A program made the translations under genes and the position numbers. Shown here one piece after another: positions 25,744-38,101 of a DNA stretch of 64,000 nucleotides (the first letter of the stretch is position 1; each line of letters opens with the position of its first letter). Location of the stretch: positions 3,908,192 to 3,972,191 of the forward strand of contig NC_068984.1 of NCBI RefSeq assembly GCF_001194135.2, given 5' to 3'. Origin of the DNA: Octopus bimaculoides. Its lineage: Eukaryota. Below the pieces are notes generated by a model. The model worked only from the letters and a program-made list of their open reading frames with translations, was not told the origin of the DNA and ran no database searches.

Positions 25744-27110
25744 CTCTACAAGGATGTAGTTTTGTCGAAGCAAGTTGGTTTTCTCAAGAACTGCATCTCG
25801 CCAGTCACCACAGTCCTTTATGTCCTCTGTGAGGTTCAAGGTCTTGAAATCAGCCTTCACCATTTCATTCCATCTCTTCCTGGGTCACCCTCTCCCACAA
25901 GTTCCATCCATATTTAGTGATCACACTCCTTTATACAGCTTTCACCATCCATATACATCACAAGTCTATCCTATCACAGTCTTCCTTCTTGCACACCACA
26001 TCTGATTCCTTTTATGCCCAATTTTCTTTCAGTACATTTATATTTCATACATACTTACAGTTCACATCCAACAGAGTATGCTAACTTTATTTCTTTCCAG
26101 CCTTCTCATGTCCTCAAGTTCAAGGCCCGTGTCTTGCCACCATGCAACACCACAGTTCTAACACAAGTGTAGCATCATATAAATCTGACCTTCACTCTAA
26201 AGGAAAAGACTTTTGTTACCTGCAACTGTAGTAACTCCCTGAACATTCACCAACCCATTCTTATTCTAGCTACTTTCAAAACAACGACCTCTTTTGCTAA
26301 TTTCATCTCCTAGACAACAAAAGCTATCAACTACTTGTAGTAAGTCATCTGAACATTTAAGAGAAGCTATTTCCAGCTTACTCCTTCTATGTATTACCCC
26401 AGTGCATCTATCACATTCAAAGCTTTCGTACTCTGACAGGCTGCTCATGATTAAACTAATGGAGCCTACATTAGATAAACTGTTTGGAATTTATACCAGC
26501 TCCTTTTCTGCATATAAAAACAAAAAAAGCTATTTCCCTGAAGATACCAAGGTCCTGTCTTCTTTCCTACTTAGTAAAGCCTTCATCTTTATTAAGTTTA
26601 CTTCAAGAGTTTTCAATTCTTCGTTTAGTTTTCAGGCCTGGAATTTCCTCTCTAATTTTACTAGAAATTCAGCTACGAGAACTAAATCACCAGCGTACAA
26701 GAGTTCCCATGGACAGCCAATCATACACTCTTATGCAATGGCCTGTGATTATGATGATTAAAAGAGGACCGTGAACTGGATTTTGATAAATTCTTACCTT
26801 CATGCTAAATTCATTACTGAAATTGTTGTCAACATACTGCATCTCTATACAAGGCTTATAAAGCCCCCACATGTTATTCCTCTACATCTAGCTTTCTCAA
26901 TAACTACCAAATTACTGAATGTTGTATCCTGTTCAAACTCTTTCTCTAAATCAACGAAAGCTAAGAATAGCAGTTTATTCTTAGCAAAGTAATTCTCCTG
27001 CAGTGGCCTCAGCAGGAAGATTGCATCCACGATGCCTCTTCCAGGGACAGAGTCAAACTTCATCTCTGTATATTCTATCATGGATCAATTAGGCTATGAC
27101 TCCCTTGTTT
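25740..27110 (-). mobile_element. RTE-clade LINE reverse transcriptase fragment (pseudogenised)
   Basis: FDSVPGRGIVDAIFLLRPLQENYFAKNKLLFLAFVDLEKEF, then the PWELLYA-DLV region, LQVVDSFCCLGDEISKRG and the terminal DCGDWRDAVLEKT. These are RTE RT motifs interrupted by stops and frameshifts. Confidence 0.92.
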
Positions 27111-27604
27111 CATAACCTGATCTAGTAAACTGATTCCTCTTTAGCTGCTTCTCTCACAGGCATCTCCTTTGCCTTTGTAGTAGTTTATAATGATACTGCT
27201 ATACTAGTCATTAGGTATGACACCTTCCTGTACGACTTAATTAACTATCCAGGTGGTAATCCTGTACATGAACTTAAGACACAATGTTAAAACCCCTTAG
27301 AAAAAAGTGAACTGTGGAACTCAAACCAAGCATCCTGCATAGTGCTGAAAGACATTCAACCAATTATCTCACAAAAAGCAATTTTCCAACTTTCAACGAT
27401 CTCCATAAAAGATGCTTTAATAAGAAAGTCTGTTTACATTTAGAACAACATTATTATGGAAGAATTTGATATTTCATTTCTCTATCATGAAGATAAACCA
27501 CACATTTTTCACATTCCTAAAAAAAAAAACAATAAAAAGTGATATTGCATAATCAGAGAATAATTCTAAAAAATTAAAAGGTAAAATGAATTAAATGTTT
27601 CTAC

Positions 27605-27696
27605 CTTGAACATGGTGTGAAGTCAGTTTGGCATCAGGATGGGACCAGTGGCTAAGTTTATACAAACTACGGAGACAGTTGAACAAGAATCCAAAT
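27605..27696 (-). other. Candidate exon of an unidentified gene (92 nt; open frame FGFLFNCLRSLYKLSHWSHPDAKLTSHHVQ)
   Basis: Acceptor GTTATATTTTACAG|ATTTGG and donor GTTCAAG|GTAGAA. One frame is open across the segment and the peptide is not recognised. Confidence 0.4.
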
Positions 27697-29292
27697 CTGT
27701 AAAATATAACAAAAGCAAATATTTCAATGACATGCTTACACACACATAAATACATAAACATACGTGTATTATATCAAAAGTCGGCAGTATACTCTAAGTC
27801 CCACCCCAAGCTGGGCCATTCATTACAGTTGGGTAGAATGAATTGCTTGCAGTTTGTACAAGGGTGGCTTCACTTTAGATGGGTTATGTGTTAGTAGGAA
27901 ATAACTGTCTTTGAAAAATAATTTTAAGATGCAGAAAGTGTTAAAAAAAGGGTTTTGTTATACCTACACATAAATAGCAGAATTCTTTCAGTTTCTGCCA
28001 ACCAAATCAACTCACATGCCATTGATGAATCAGGCTGACAGTAGAAGACAACTGTCCAAGTTGCTGCATAGTGGGACTGAACTCAAGACTACATGACTAC
28101 TGCATGGACTTTTCAAATTGGGCTTCTTTCCCTTTATGTTTAGTGGCTTGTTGTATCTCTTTCAGTTCCATCTATCATTCCCTTTCACCCATAACCACAC
28201 TGAGGTCTTCTCAGCTGTCTCCGACAGGTGTTTCCTTGTTGTAATTCTTTTGTGACCCTTGATTTTGAACTGACCTAACAGTTGGCACATGAACACTGTG
28301 ACAAACCTCCATGTGTCAACTTCCATTGCCTTTACTGTGCAATGGTACCCTCCTTGTTAGTTAATTCACCAGAAGTGGTACTGGGAACACACATACACAC
28401 ATTATTTATACGACATTACAAATTTAGTCTTGTAGCTGTCAAAGCCAATTCATTTTCCCAGATAGTTTCAGACTGAAGAACTGTTCAAGTATGAAAAAGT
28501 TATTCTAACAGTCATCAGACACAGCTGAATGGAAAAGTAAAGCTTCAGCTTTATTACTGGAGGTCTGAAACCAGTTTATGAATCACAAAGATGTTCCAAA
28601 AATAAAATATCAACAAAACAAGGCTGGCTCCTAAGCCTTTTGAAGTTATGCCCCTTAGATTGGTTTTTATTGAGCCATTGTCCTGCATGTCAGCATTCAA
28701 GTGACCACTGTCCAACCCAGTTTTTTATATATATTGGGTTGTGGGATGAAGAGGTAGAGAGTATGAAGAGGAAGAAGGATAGAAATGAAGGAAAGAAGTT
28801 GGAGTTTTGAAGGGTATGTGTAGTCACATATATGCATAAACGTTTATAAGCATTGGTTTTGGTAGGGAAATAAATCCCTTATTTACAGTGAGAGGTCAAC
28901 TAAGGGAGTGGGGGAGCTAACCTTTACTGTTAGGAGCTGACAATCTGGTTAAGATATATTTCTGCTCACAAGGCAGGTAGGCCTCTGAATGGAAGAAACT
29001 CTTTGGTATAATCCTTTTCTCTGCTGAACAAAAGCTGCACCTCCAACTACTGTTGAGGTAAGGTCTGCACTTTTCCAGTAATTGTCACTTATTTCTTACT
29101 CTCCATCAGTCTCTCACCCACTTTAAAACTCTCTCATCCCAAATGCTCTGTTTTCTAACACATTTTTATTTCAATCTCTCGTCTATTATGGCTCTTCTAT
29201 GATAGCTGGTCCTGATTACTCAGCTACTCAACTGTGTAGCTTTGAGTGAATGGACACAATAACCTGACACAGTACACGGTAACCCCACTTGA

Positions 29293-29665
29293 AATAATAA
29301 TAATAATAATAATGAACTTATTGTATACAGTGCTCAGGTGCACAACAACTCATCTGAAAAAGTAGCCAAAAGTAAATGAAGAGTATGTAGAATAATGCAC
29401 AGAAAGTGAACAGTGAATGAGTCATTTAAAACAAAACAAAAAAAGGTGGAAGGCATCAGGTATACTGTTGGTAATTTCAGGAAACATGGAAGTTTTCAAA
29501 GACATAATGTCCTGACAGTTAACAACTAATGCAGGTAGTTTATTTCCTGCTTCAGCAATTCTGAGCAAGAAAAAATGTTTCTGAAAGTCATAGGTGCTTT
29601 GTTGCTTTTTGATTTTGTAAGCATTTCTACAAGTGTTTGACATGGAATTCAAAAAAGTGGCCAAG
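29293..29665 (-). mobile_element. CR1-group LINE 3' end with (ATT)n tail
   Basis: SNTCRNAYKIKKQQSTYDFQKHFFLLRIAEAGNKLPALVV resembles the CR1 C-terminal 'TRGH..K......R..FFS.RV...WN.LP' motif. It is followed by a 3' UTR and an ATT tail. Confidence 0.85.
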
Positions 29666-30700
29666 ACGGTGGATAATCTTGTGGGTGTTTACCAAGTCAG
29701 TTGCCAGACATCAGAGCTTTAATGTGTCCATGCCCCGAGATACAAGATGTTCAAATAATGGTAGATGCGTTTTGTGTGTAGGTGTGTGTGTGTGTCTTTA
29801 TATTAAAGCACACACACTATTAAAAGCTTGAATTCTATCTTCCAAAATGATTAAAATCAACCACAACTGAAGGGATTGTCACAGATGCCAATATCCAAAA
29901 CATCATTCCCCCTTCTCTCTCCCTTCCATCCTTCCTATTGCTTTTGCTTTGTTTAAGATTAATATAATGCAAAATATTCCATCAGCTACTCAAGAACACA
30001 AAGAATAAATTTATAAACCATAATTTCAAAAGTACAAATATGAACAATAGCTATTCCATATACACTTCAACTTAAGAGTCAGAATAGTGTATGCAAGAGA
30101 ATTTCAAAAATGCTTACAATAAGCGGTTAGATTAGCAAAGGTCCAGAAAACGATTGCCTCCCCATATATTTATGGCATCTAAACTAGGGTCCAGTGAAGT
30201 GAACGATTTCAATGAGAATCAAATGATGATTTCCATTGTTCAACATCTTGTAACTATAATCAACAATAACTCTAGAACAATAGATAGGGGAAGTGGAGGG
30301 AAAGAAGACATACACAACATAAATAGAAATCTAAACTAGTAGGGAACCCTTCATGCAATGTATATAGACACACACACGCATCTATATTAAGAATATGTAA
30401 ATTATTTATTTTTGTGTGTGTTTTTTATACACACACGCACACACATGTATGTCTCTTTATTATATTTATCTTATGATATTTACTTTACTTTATATTATAC
30501 TCATTTATTGTGCTTTTAATTATTAATTTTTCTATATGTGATAGTGGATTTTCATCGATGAGTTCTTGAAAATTGGTTATTTTCCCTAAAACTATATATA
30601 TTTTATATATACTTTATCTATAAGGCTCAATTTAATTTTTTATAAATTGATTTTAATTGAGTTTTTTACCTGTAATTTTGGATTTTGTCCCTAATAATAT

Positions 30701-30744
<44 letters not shown>

Positions 30745-31592
30745 CAGGGTGTGATGGGTAAATTGTTGCCATTTCATGTTTTTCATTTCACACATGCACA
30801 TTGTTTTTGATTTTGTTGACTACACAGTATATTAGGGTCACTTGGGTACCATCTGTGATAAAAACAGCACCATGACGCAATTCACTCAGCCAAAAATTTG
30901 GAGACGACATGCTGTACTGCTTGGCATTCATGCCAGAAGCTCCAATATGAACATCTCAGAGTGATTGGGTATCAATGTGAGGACAGTGCATATATGGAAA
31001 GTGATAAAAATCAAACATCCAGTTAACATCATAGTGTTTGGAGTGATCACTAGTGATGGCAATGTTACGCCTCCATTCATCTTCCCACACAGCTTCAGAC
31101 TCAACAGAGGCCTACATCAAGTACCTGGAGGAAGTAGTGCTGCCCTAGGTCGAGAGGGTAACTACTGGAAGACCCTATATCCAGCAACAGGACTCTGCAC
31201 CATGTCACACAAGCAGTCATGGCTGTCAGACAATTTCTGTCACTACATCACCCCTAACATCTGGCCACCTAACTCCCCAGACTGCAACCCCCTTGATTAT
31301 TATGTGTGGGGTGCAGTTGAGCAAGAGATCAACAAAACTCCTTGTAACACCAAAAATGAACTGAAGACAAGGATTATGGCTGGATTCACCAAATTAAACA
31401 AAGAGACCGTCCAGCAGAGTTGCAGGAAATTCCAAATTCATCTGGAGGCCATGGTTGAAGTCAATGGTGATTTTATTGAATAAATTTACTCTTTAGTATT
31501 TCAAGATATTTTTATGTAATTTTGGTAAATATATCTGTTAAAATGAGATGTCAGTGTTATTTTCATTTTTGCGTAATTTAGACAACAGTTTA
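30745..31592 (+). mobile_element. Internally deleted Tc1/mariner transposon (probably maT/DD37D-like), pseudogenised transposase
   Basis: TA|CAGGGTGTGATGGGTAAATTGTTGCC left end. Peptides KHPVNIIVFGVITSDG, YIQQQDSAPCHTS (shifted frame) and WPPNSPDCNPLDYYVWGAVE...NGDFIE*. The right TIR is truncated near 31592. Confidence 0.9.
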
Positions 31593-32767
31593 TGGTGGAT
31601 GGTTTCACAAGCGCCATCCCACCCATGCTAGGTAGTATGGAAGATGGATGTTAAAAGATGATGAGAGAGAGAGAGAGAGACAGAGAGAGACAGAGATGAT
31701 AATCAAATGAATAAGACATTCAGTGGAGTATGCAGAGTATTGATATTATTATCATCATTATTTGGCTAATCCCTAAAGTGAGCAAGAAACCCCCCTATAG
31801 AAGGTAGGCTCCACATTAAAACAGCCTGATAAAAGAAACAAGATTGTTGTGCCCCTCACTGAGGAATATTTTCATAATTCCTGTATATGATGTAAGTGGC
31901 CTGCTGATGACATTGCTGTGTGTGGAAGGTTAAGGTGTGGAAGGTTAAGGTTAAGGTGAAGTAAACAGAAGAATTTTCAGAGAGGAAACTACTTCTAACC
32001 AAAAAGAGGAAAAATGGAGAAACCCTTATATGTCTACCTTCACTAACCATTCTTTTTGTCTTATTATTATTATTCTGATTGAAAATGATTCATTTTTCAT
32101 AACATATCAGTTTGTCACCATCATTTCTTATGATAAACTGATAACTTAAATGCAAAAATTTGTTTCAATTGAAATAGTAAAAAAAACAAATGCTTTATAT
32201 CGCACAGAAAAAGATAATAACATTATTATTGATATCTTACCACAGATTAATCTTATAGAAATAATTAAAATTATTCTTTTACAATAAAAACAAAGGCAGA
32301 ATAAACATCAGCAACAATCACTTCTGGTAAATATTAATTCATTTTTATGTCTAATACGCACACATACAAACCTTAATATAATATTCATTTGGAAGTATAG
32401 ACACATGAATATCTAAAACTAATACAGACAGTCGTCCCAATTACATGTTAGACACAAACAATAATAAATGCAACGCAGACTTGACATTAGACTCACAACA
32501 AACAGACAATTCTCAGCCACTTAAATATAAACAAAAACTGCACAAAACCCTAACCCACCACCCCTGTCACACATTTCACAGTGTCAATGACTAAATAGCG
32601 AACCTATTTCGATGTATGCTGTTTCTTGCTTCTTAATTTCAATCACTTGTTATCTCAGGTATTCACCTCAGGTATTCCCTTTAAAAGCAACCACGTTGAC
32701 ATATTTGGATTTGATAATCAGAAAGCCAAGTGATTTGATGTTTTAAAGCCAAGACATACATTTCTAC

Positions 32768-32863
32768 CTATTCTACCCAACAAGACAACAGCAATGCTCA
32801 ATAACTGAGCACAAAAAAGATACAATTGCCTCATTCTGACTAACATTCCTATCACTTTATGGC
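32768..32863 (-). other. Candidate 96-nt exon-like segment (open frame HKVIGMLVRMRQLYLFCAQLLSIAVVLLGRI)
   Basis: Acceptor TTCCTTGTGGTCTTTACAG|GCC and donor GAATAG|GTAGAA. Phase 1-1 and open, but unrecognised. Confidence 0.25.
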
Positions 32864-34436
32864 CTGTAAAGACCACAAGGAAAATACATTCTGCCAGTCT
32901 CCACCACCACCACCACCACCACCAAAGGTTAAAAAAAAATGAAATACAAGACCAGAACCAGAGAAAAGATGAAAATTTGTTCATTCGTTTAAGCATAGAA
33001 AAGCAAACTTGGACATTGAGGCTTTTCTAAATTCATATTTTTTTCATTGAAATTTGCAACATTATATAACATGCATGCCATATCTATAAGTTGTATAAAA
33101 TTATTATTGCAAGAAATTGAAAGATTAAGAATGGAGGATGTAAGAAAATTGAAGAACATAACTAAAGGAGTTTCATTTATAAATAATATTGGTCTGCATG
33201 TGGAAAGATATTTTTCTTTTTCTATTGAATTTTAAATAAAAATATATACATGGAACCAAGAATGTCAGCTCCCTACATCTTGGATTTGTTGGGTTTTTTT
33301 TCTTATGACATAAGATGCTTTGAAAGAAGAAATTAACTATAAAAATATATTTACACGAAAGTACTGAAAAATAAAAGTTGTCGTTTTATACGAACATGCA
33401 TGTTTTAGGCAGGCTTCTTCATCTAAGACGGCAAACGCAAGTGACCGTCTTACTAATGATCCCCTAGCCTCAATATCTTTCTTCCATGATGTTTTAGAGA
33501 AATGTTCATCTCATTAATCATACAACTTGCCACATTGTTCTGAAGGTGAGAAAAGAGAAAGTACATTTTCACACTCCTCCACCATCTAAGTTGGTGAAAG
33601 CTACCAACCATGTTTCTCAACTGGTTAGTTTAATATTCTAAGGCTTTTAAAATTTTTTCTATTAAGAACAACAGATTTAAATATTTGGCAAATCTTTAAT
33701 TCTATTTTAGAAATACTGCATTCAAAATTGTCCTTTTTCACAAATTCTCAAACTTAGGAATCAACAAAACATTATTTGTTTTAAATGCTTTAAATAGAAA
33801 TTTTTAACGCTAAACTGTTTGAACACTTCTTTATTCAGCATATTTACAATATTATCCACACGTTACAGCTTCATGCAATAAAATAAACTTGCTGTTACAA
33901 GAGGGTCTTCAAAACCCTTTTTCAAGTCCAGCTATGTTTATTTTGAATGAACAGAAAAATGATGATTTATTAAATTTAGCAAAAGTGTTATAGTATCATT
34001 TACTTCAGACATCAGATGATCACAGAATCCAAACTGCTAAAGAATGTTATTGCTAAACTATTGCAGAACATCAATACAATGACACTGCTTGTACACTTTC
34101 CTTCCAAAATACAAATCCAACATTTTCTATACATCTGGTTTCTTTGAGTTTCCAATTTGTTCAACAGCAAAAGCAGCAGCAGTGACAGAAACTGTCTGAA
34201 AGCATTTGGACATGTGCCTCAACAATCAAACATTTGCCTCTCAATTTCATCAACACTGATCAACAAGGGAGACAACAACTGATTCACATTTTGGGGGGAA
34301 AATAAAGACAAAGCAGACTATTATATTAAAAATCCTACTTTTTATCAGATTAGCTTATACGGTTGGATTTATCTCCTTTGTTTGATGCTTCATGAGGAAG
34401 TTTTTCAATCAACTCATCACAAAGATAATTATTATA

Positions 34437-34848
34437 TGCGCAGGAGTGGCTGTGTGGTAAGTAGCTTGCTTACCAACCACATGGTTCCGGGTTCAGTCCC
34501 ACTGCGTGGCACCTTGGGTAAGTGTCTTCTACTATAGCCTCGGGCCGACCAAAGCCAAGTGAGTGGATTTGGTAGATGGAAACTGAAAGAAGCCCGTCGT
34601 ATATATGTATATATATATATGTGTGTATGTGTGTGTGTTTGTGTGTCTGTGTTTGTCCCCCTAACATTGCTTGACAACCGATGCTGGTGTGTTTATGTCC
34701 CCGCCACTTAGCGGTTCGGCAAAAGAGACCGATAGAATAAGTACTAGGCTTACAAAGAATAAGTCCTGGGGTCGATTTACTCGACTAAAGGCGGTGCTCC
34801 AGCATGACCGCAGTCAAATGACTGAAACAAATAAAAGAATAAAAGAAT
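34437..34848 (+). mobile_element. tRNA-derived SINE family A, full-length young copy
   Basis: tRNA-like head (A-box TGGCTGTGTGG, B-box GGTTCAGTCCC), a GGCACCTTGGG.AAGTGTCTT central domain, an internal (TA)n/(TG)n tract and an AAAGAAT-repeat tail. Confidence 0.92.
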
Positions 34849-35229
34849 CGTTTATCAAAATTTTTATAGTTACTCTGTTAATACTACATTTGTGAGGCTC
34901 TACCAGTCATGTATAGTACTGCAAGGTATTAAATATATACCTTTCTAAAATTTGGTAACCCTGAAGCAATTTAAGAAATCAATAATTTGGTAGTCAATAA
35001 GTTCTCTCGTCAAAAGAATTACATATTCTATAATAGTACAAAGAAAATCTTTTTTTGCCAGCAGAATTCTTCTTTTAAACTTAATCCGAAAGACAAATAT
35101 ATTTTAGAAATATTATTTAAAAAAAAAAAAAAAAAGATTATATATTATTTAGATAATTCACATATTGTAAACAATGTATTATAACAATTTCAATTCTAGA
35201 TTGATATAGAAAATGTTGAAAGCATATGT

Positions 35230-35440
35230 TTATTATTGACATATATATAATATTGTCATAATTTATATTTCATATACATATTATCATAATATATATTTTA
35301 TAGACGTAGATATTATCATAATTTATATTTTACATGTATATTATAATATAAATTTTACTGACATACATACCATTATGATTTATATTTTCTACACATATGC
35401 ATTATCTTTATTTATATTTTTATATATTTATGTAGGTTAT
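35230..35440. repeat. Degenerate ~30-bp AT-rich minisatellite
   Basis: Recurrent unit resembling TATTATCATAATTTATATTTTACATGTATA, about 6-7 diverged copies. Confidence 0.55.
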
Positions 35441-35689
35441 ATACACATAAAATATATATGAAAGGTACAGAAAGAGTTATAGCTGAATAAATTAGAAAGA
35501 AAATTAATCTCGTTGTAACAGTTTGATTCTGTGCCAAGAAGTACTAGAACTGAAGCCGTCTTTATAGTGAGACAACTGAAGTATTTAGTTAAAAGTAAGC
35601 TACTGTAGTTATCATACATCAATCCGAAGAAACCCTTCAATCCTAACTTAGTGGATCTGGTATTTGCTGAAGAAACAAAGAAAAGATGA

Positions 35690-36790
35690 AAGGCTCTTGT
35701 GAGGGCCACAGAAACTTGGAAGAGCTACCAGCAAGGTGAGAATGAACAACAGGTACAGCAATGCATTCAGTGTGCAGGAAAGAGTCCACCAAGATTCAAT
35801 TCTCACCTCCCTCTAGTTGCAGTAGCCTTGCATGACATAATGAAGCCGTTTAAGGCCAAATGCCATGAGAGTTCCTATATACTAATACGCTCATCATTAT
35901 CGCTGAACCTGCAATAGAAGTAGAAAAGAAATTCCAGGTGTGGAAGCAAAACCTGGAATCAAAGGTCCTAACAGTAATCTTAGTAAAAACCGAAGTTTTA
36001 AGTTAGCAGGAAAACAAATAGCAACTCCAGTCCCTTCAGCAAAATGGCCTTGTTTCGAATGCAGGAAAGGAGTAGGGTAGAAATAGCATATGTTGTACAC
36101 AGCACAAACTTAAGATACACATGGGGTGCAGTAAAATCAAAGGCAGATTAACAGAAAGTATACTTTGTATGTAGCATATGTGCAGGAGCAAGAAACACAG
36201 AATGCACAGGAAATAAATTTTCTCAATTGGCCAGGAGGATCCATTGAGGTAGGAGAGAACTTCTGTTGTTTAAATGACCTAATTAACACCGAAGAAAGAT
36301 GTTCTTGAAGCATAGTATCCAGACTAAGAATGGTTGCAGAAAGTTCAAGAAACTGCTACCTCTGTTGGCAACAAAAGTCTCCTTGCCCCAGAGTCAAAAG
36401 TAGATTGCATGATGCTTGTGTTAGAACTGCAATGCTGCATGGTAGTGAGACAGGGGTCTTGACTGCAGAAGACTAGTAAATGAAATAAGGTAAGCATGCT
36501 CTGATGTTAGTGTACATGAACACCAGAGTACAAATAGGCATGGATAGTTCAATCTTGTGAAGAGAGGAGAGTGCATTGGTGTGAGCATGCAATGAGAATG
36601 GATGATGATAGCAACATAAGGAAGTGTCATGAGCTCTAAGTTAATGGAAGAGAGAGACTGAGGAAGACATGGGATAAGGTGGTAAAGGATGATATGAAGA
36701 TGCAACATCACATGGGGCACATGACAAAGGAATGTATTGATTGGCATTACACAGCACAAACTGTAAAAGAGGTGTTCACCTATGGCAACA
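35690..36790 (+). mobile_element. RTE-clade LINE fragment (degraded)
   Basis: Remnants of ..SKVRMNNRYSNAFSVQERVHQDS.., HESSYILIRSS/ELLY, EVEKKFQVWKQNLESK and downstream RTE C-terminal motifs, with many stops. Confidence 0.85.
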
Positions 36791-36973
36791 CACTAACTGA
36801 AGGGCAGGCTTCCCCTTCACCTTATATCCTTGAACCTGTTCCTCCTTTAACATCATTCACTTCTCTCTTTGGGTCACTTCCTTAGCACTTAATAGCACTC
36901 CATCTCTCATCTCCACACCATCTGTGCTGATCATATCTTCATCATCAAACTTACCCACTTACCCTTCAGCTGA

Positions 36974-37008
<35 letters not shown>

Positions 37009-37700
37009 GGTTGCATCAGACCACCCTATTGATCTGACCATCACCATGCTATGTTACCAGCCATCTCCTTCTCTCTTTTTCTCTCATATTATCGTCATTA
37101 TCTTAGTGCCCACCTCTAGTATTGACAACCACTCCCACAACTTCACCTAAATAGTCCTGTATTTTTCCATCACACTGTTGTTCTCTTTAACAACCTGACC
37201 TTTACCTTTAGCTACCTCTGTCACTGGCAATCCCTCTCCTCCTAACACCACTCTCTATATGTCCCTGCCATCTTGCCATCATGTTCTTGTTCCTTTCACC
37301 CACCCACCCATCCATTACCCATTCTAATGCCATTAATTCCTCACTCTCCAGTACCCACTTCTGGCCTTTCTGTCATCAGGTTTCCTTCTACTTCTCACAC
37401 TGTTCAGTTGTTGGCTGTATGAGCAGAGAAAGTGTAGGGCTATTCAAACTCTCTCACGTTGGGGCCTGAAAAAACACATCCAGTGAACTCCTGTAAAGTG
37501 GTCAACAGCTAGAAAGACATCCATCTGTGGAAACCATATCAAATGACAGAAGCACCAAGGGCTTTAGGAGTATTAGCTCCAACCTATGCTAGCATGGAGA
37601 GGAGAGGAGGAGGAAGGAGAGAAACTGAGGAAAAAGAGAGGAGGAGAAGAGAGGAAGATGGAAGGATGATGTAATATTACCATAATATATATTTTACATA

Positions 37701-37935
37701 CAGGGTGTTCAAAAAGTCTCCTCGCAGTGAATTTTTTTCATCCTGTGCTTCACCATGGCACTACTTCAAGAGTTTTTCAGTGAACAGATTATTTCAAAGG
37801 GACTTTGGTCCCCATGATCACCTGATTTAACACCACCAGACTTTTTTTTTCTGGTGAGCAAGTAAAGGATCAGTGTACAAGAATCACCTGAAAACCTTTA
37901 AATACTTACTGCAGAGAGACTTTTTGAAGACCCTG
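37701..37935 (+). mobile_element. Miniature Tc1/mariner deletion derivative with intact TIRs and TA TSD
   Basis: TA|CAGGGTGTTCAAAAAGTCTC ... GAGACTTTTTGAAGACCCTG|TA (19/20 TIR match). The internal remnant reads IISKGLWSP*SPDLTPPDFFFW. Confidence 0.9.
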
Positions 37936-38080
37936 TATTATCATTACTTTGACTCTCCATGTAGCTTGTCTACAGGATTCTCTGGTGGCATAATCCTACA
38001 AATGAAATTGTCTTTCTCTGGGGCATCTTTTACTTGTTGGAAACAAACAAATCTTTTTTTCTTTTTTCCTATAATTCCAG

Positions 38081-38101
38081 ACTATGAAGATGATGTTACA
38101 G
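38081..38101 (+). other. Candidate 21-nt microexon ((D)YEDDVT, phase 1-1)
   Basis: TCTTTTTTTCTTTTTTCCTATAATTCCAG|ACTATGAAGATGATGTTACAG|GTAAGC: strong polypyrimidine acceptor and consensus donor. Confidence 0.35.

Noticed and set aside
28450-28535. Minus-strand CTGATGA...CTGAAAC hammerhead-like spacing
   Set aside because: No stem I partner and no proper stem III or cleavage triplet could be formed.
31915-31960. GGTTAAGG repeats resembling telomeric sequence
   Set aside because: Not TTAGGG. It is just a short 15-bp tandem duplication plus one extra GGTTAA.
33424-33452. 8-bp stem TAAGACGG/CCGTCTTA with a 13-nt loop
   Set aside because: Too short to distinguish from chance without conservation data.
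34437-34515. tRNA-like sequence
   Set aside because: It is the SINE A head. It has no acceptor stem and is followed directly by SINE body.
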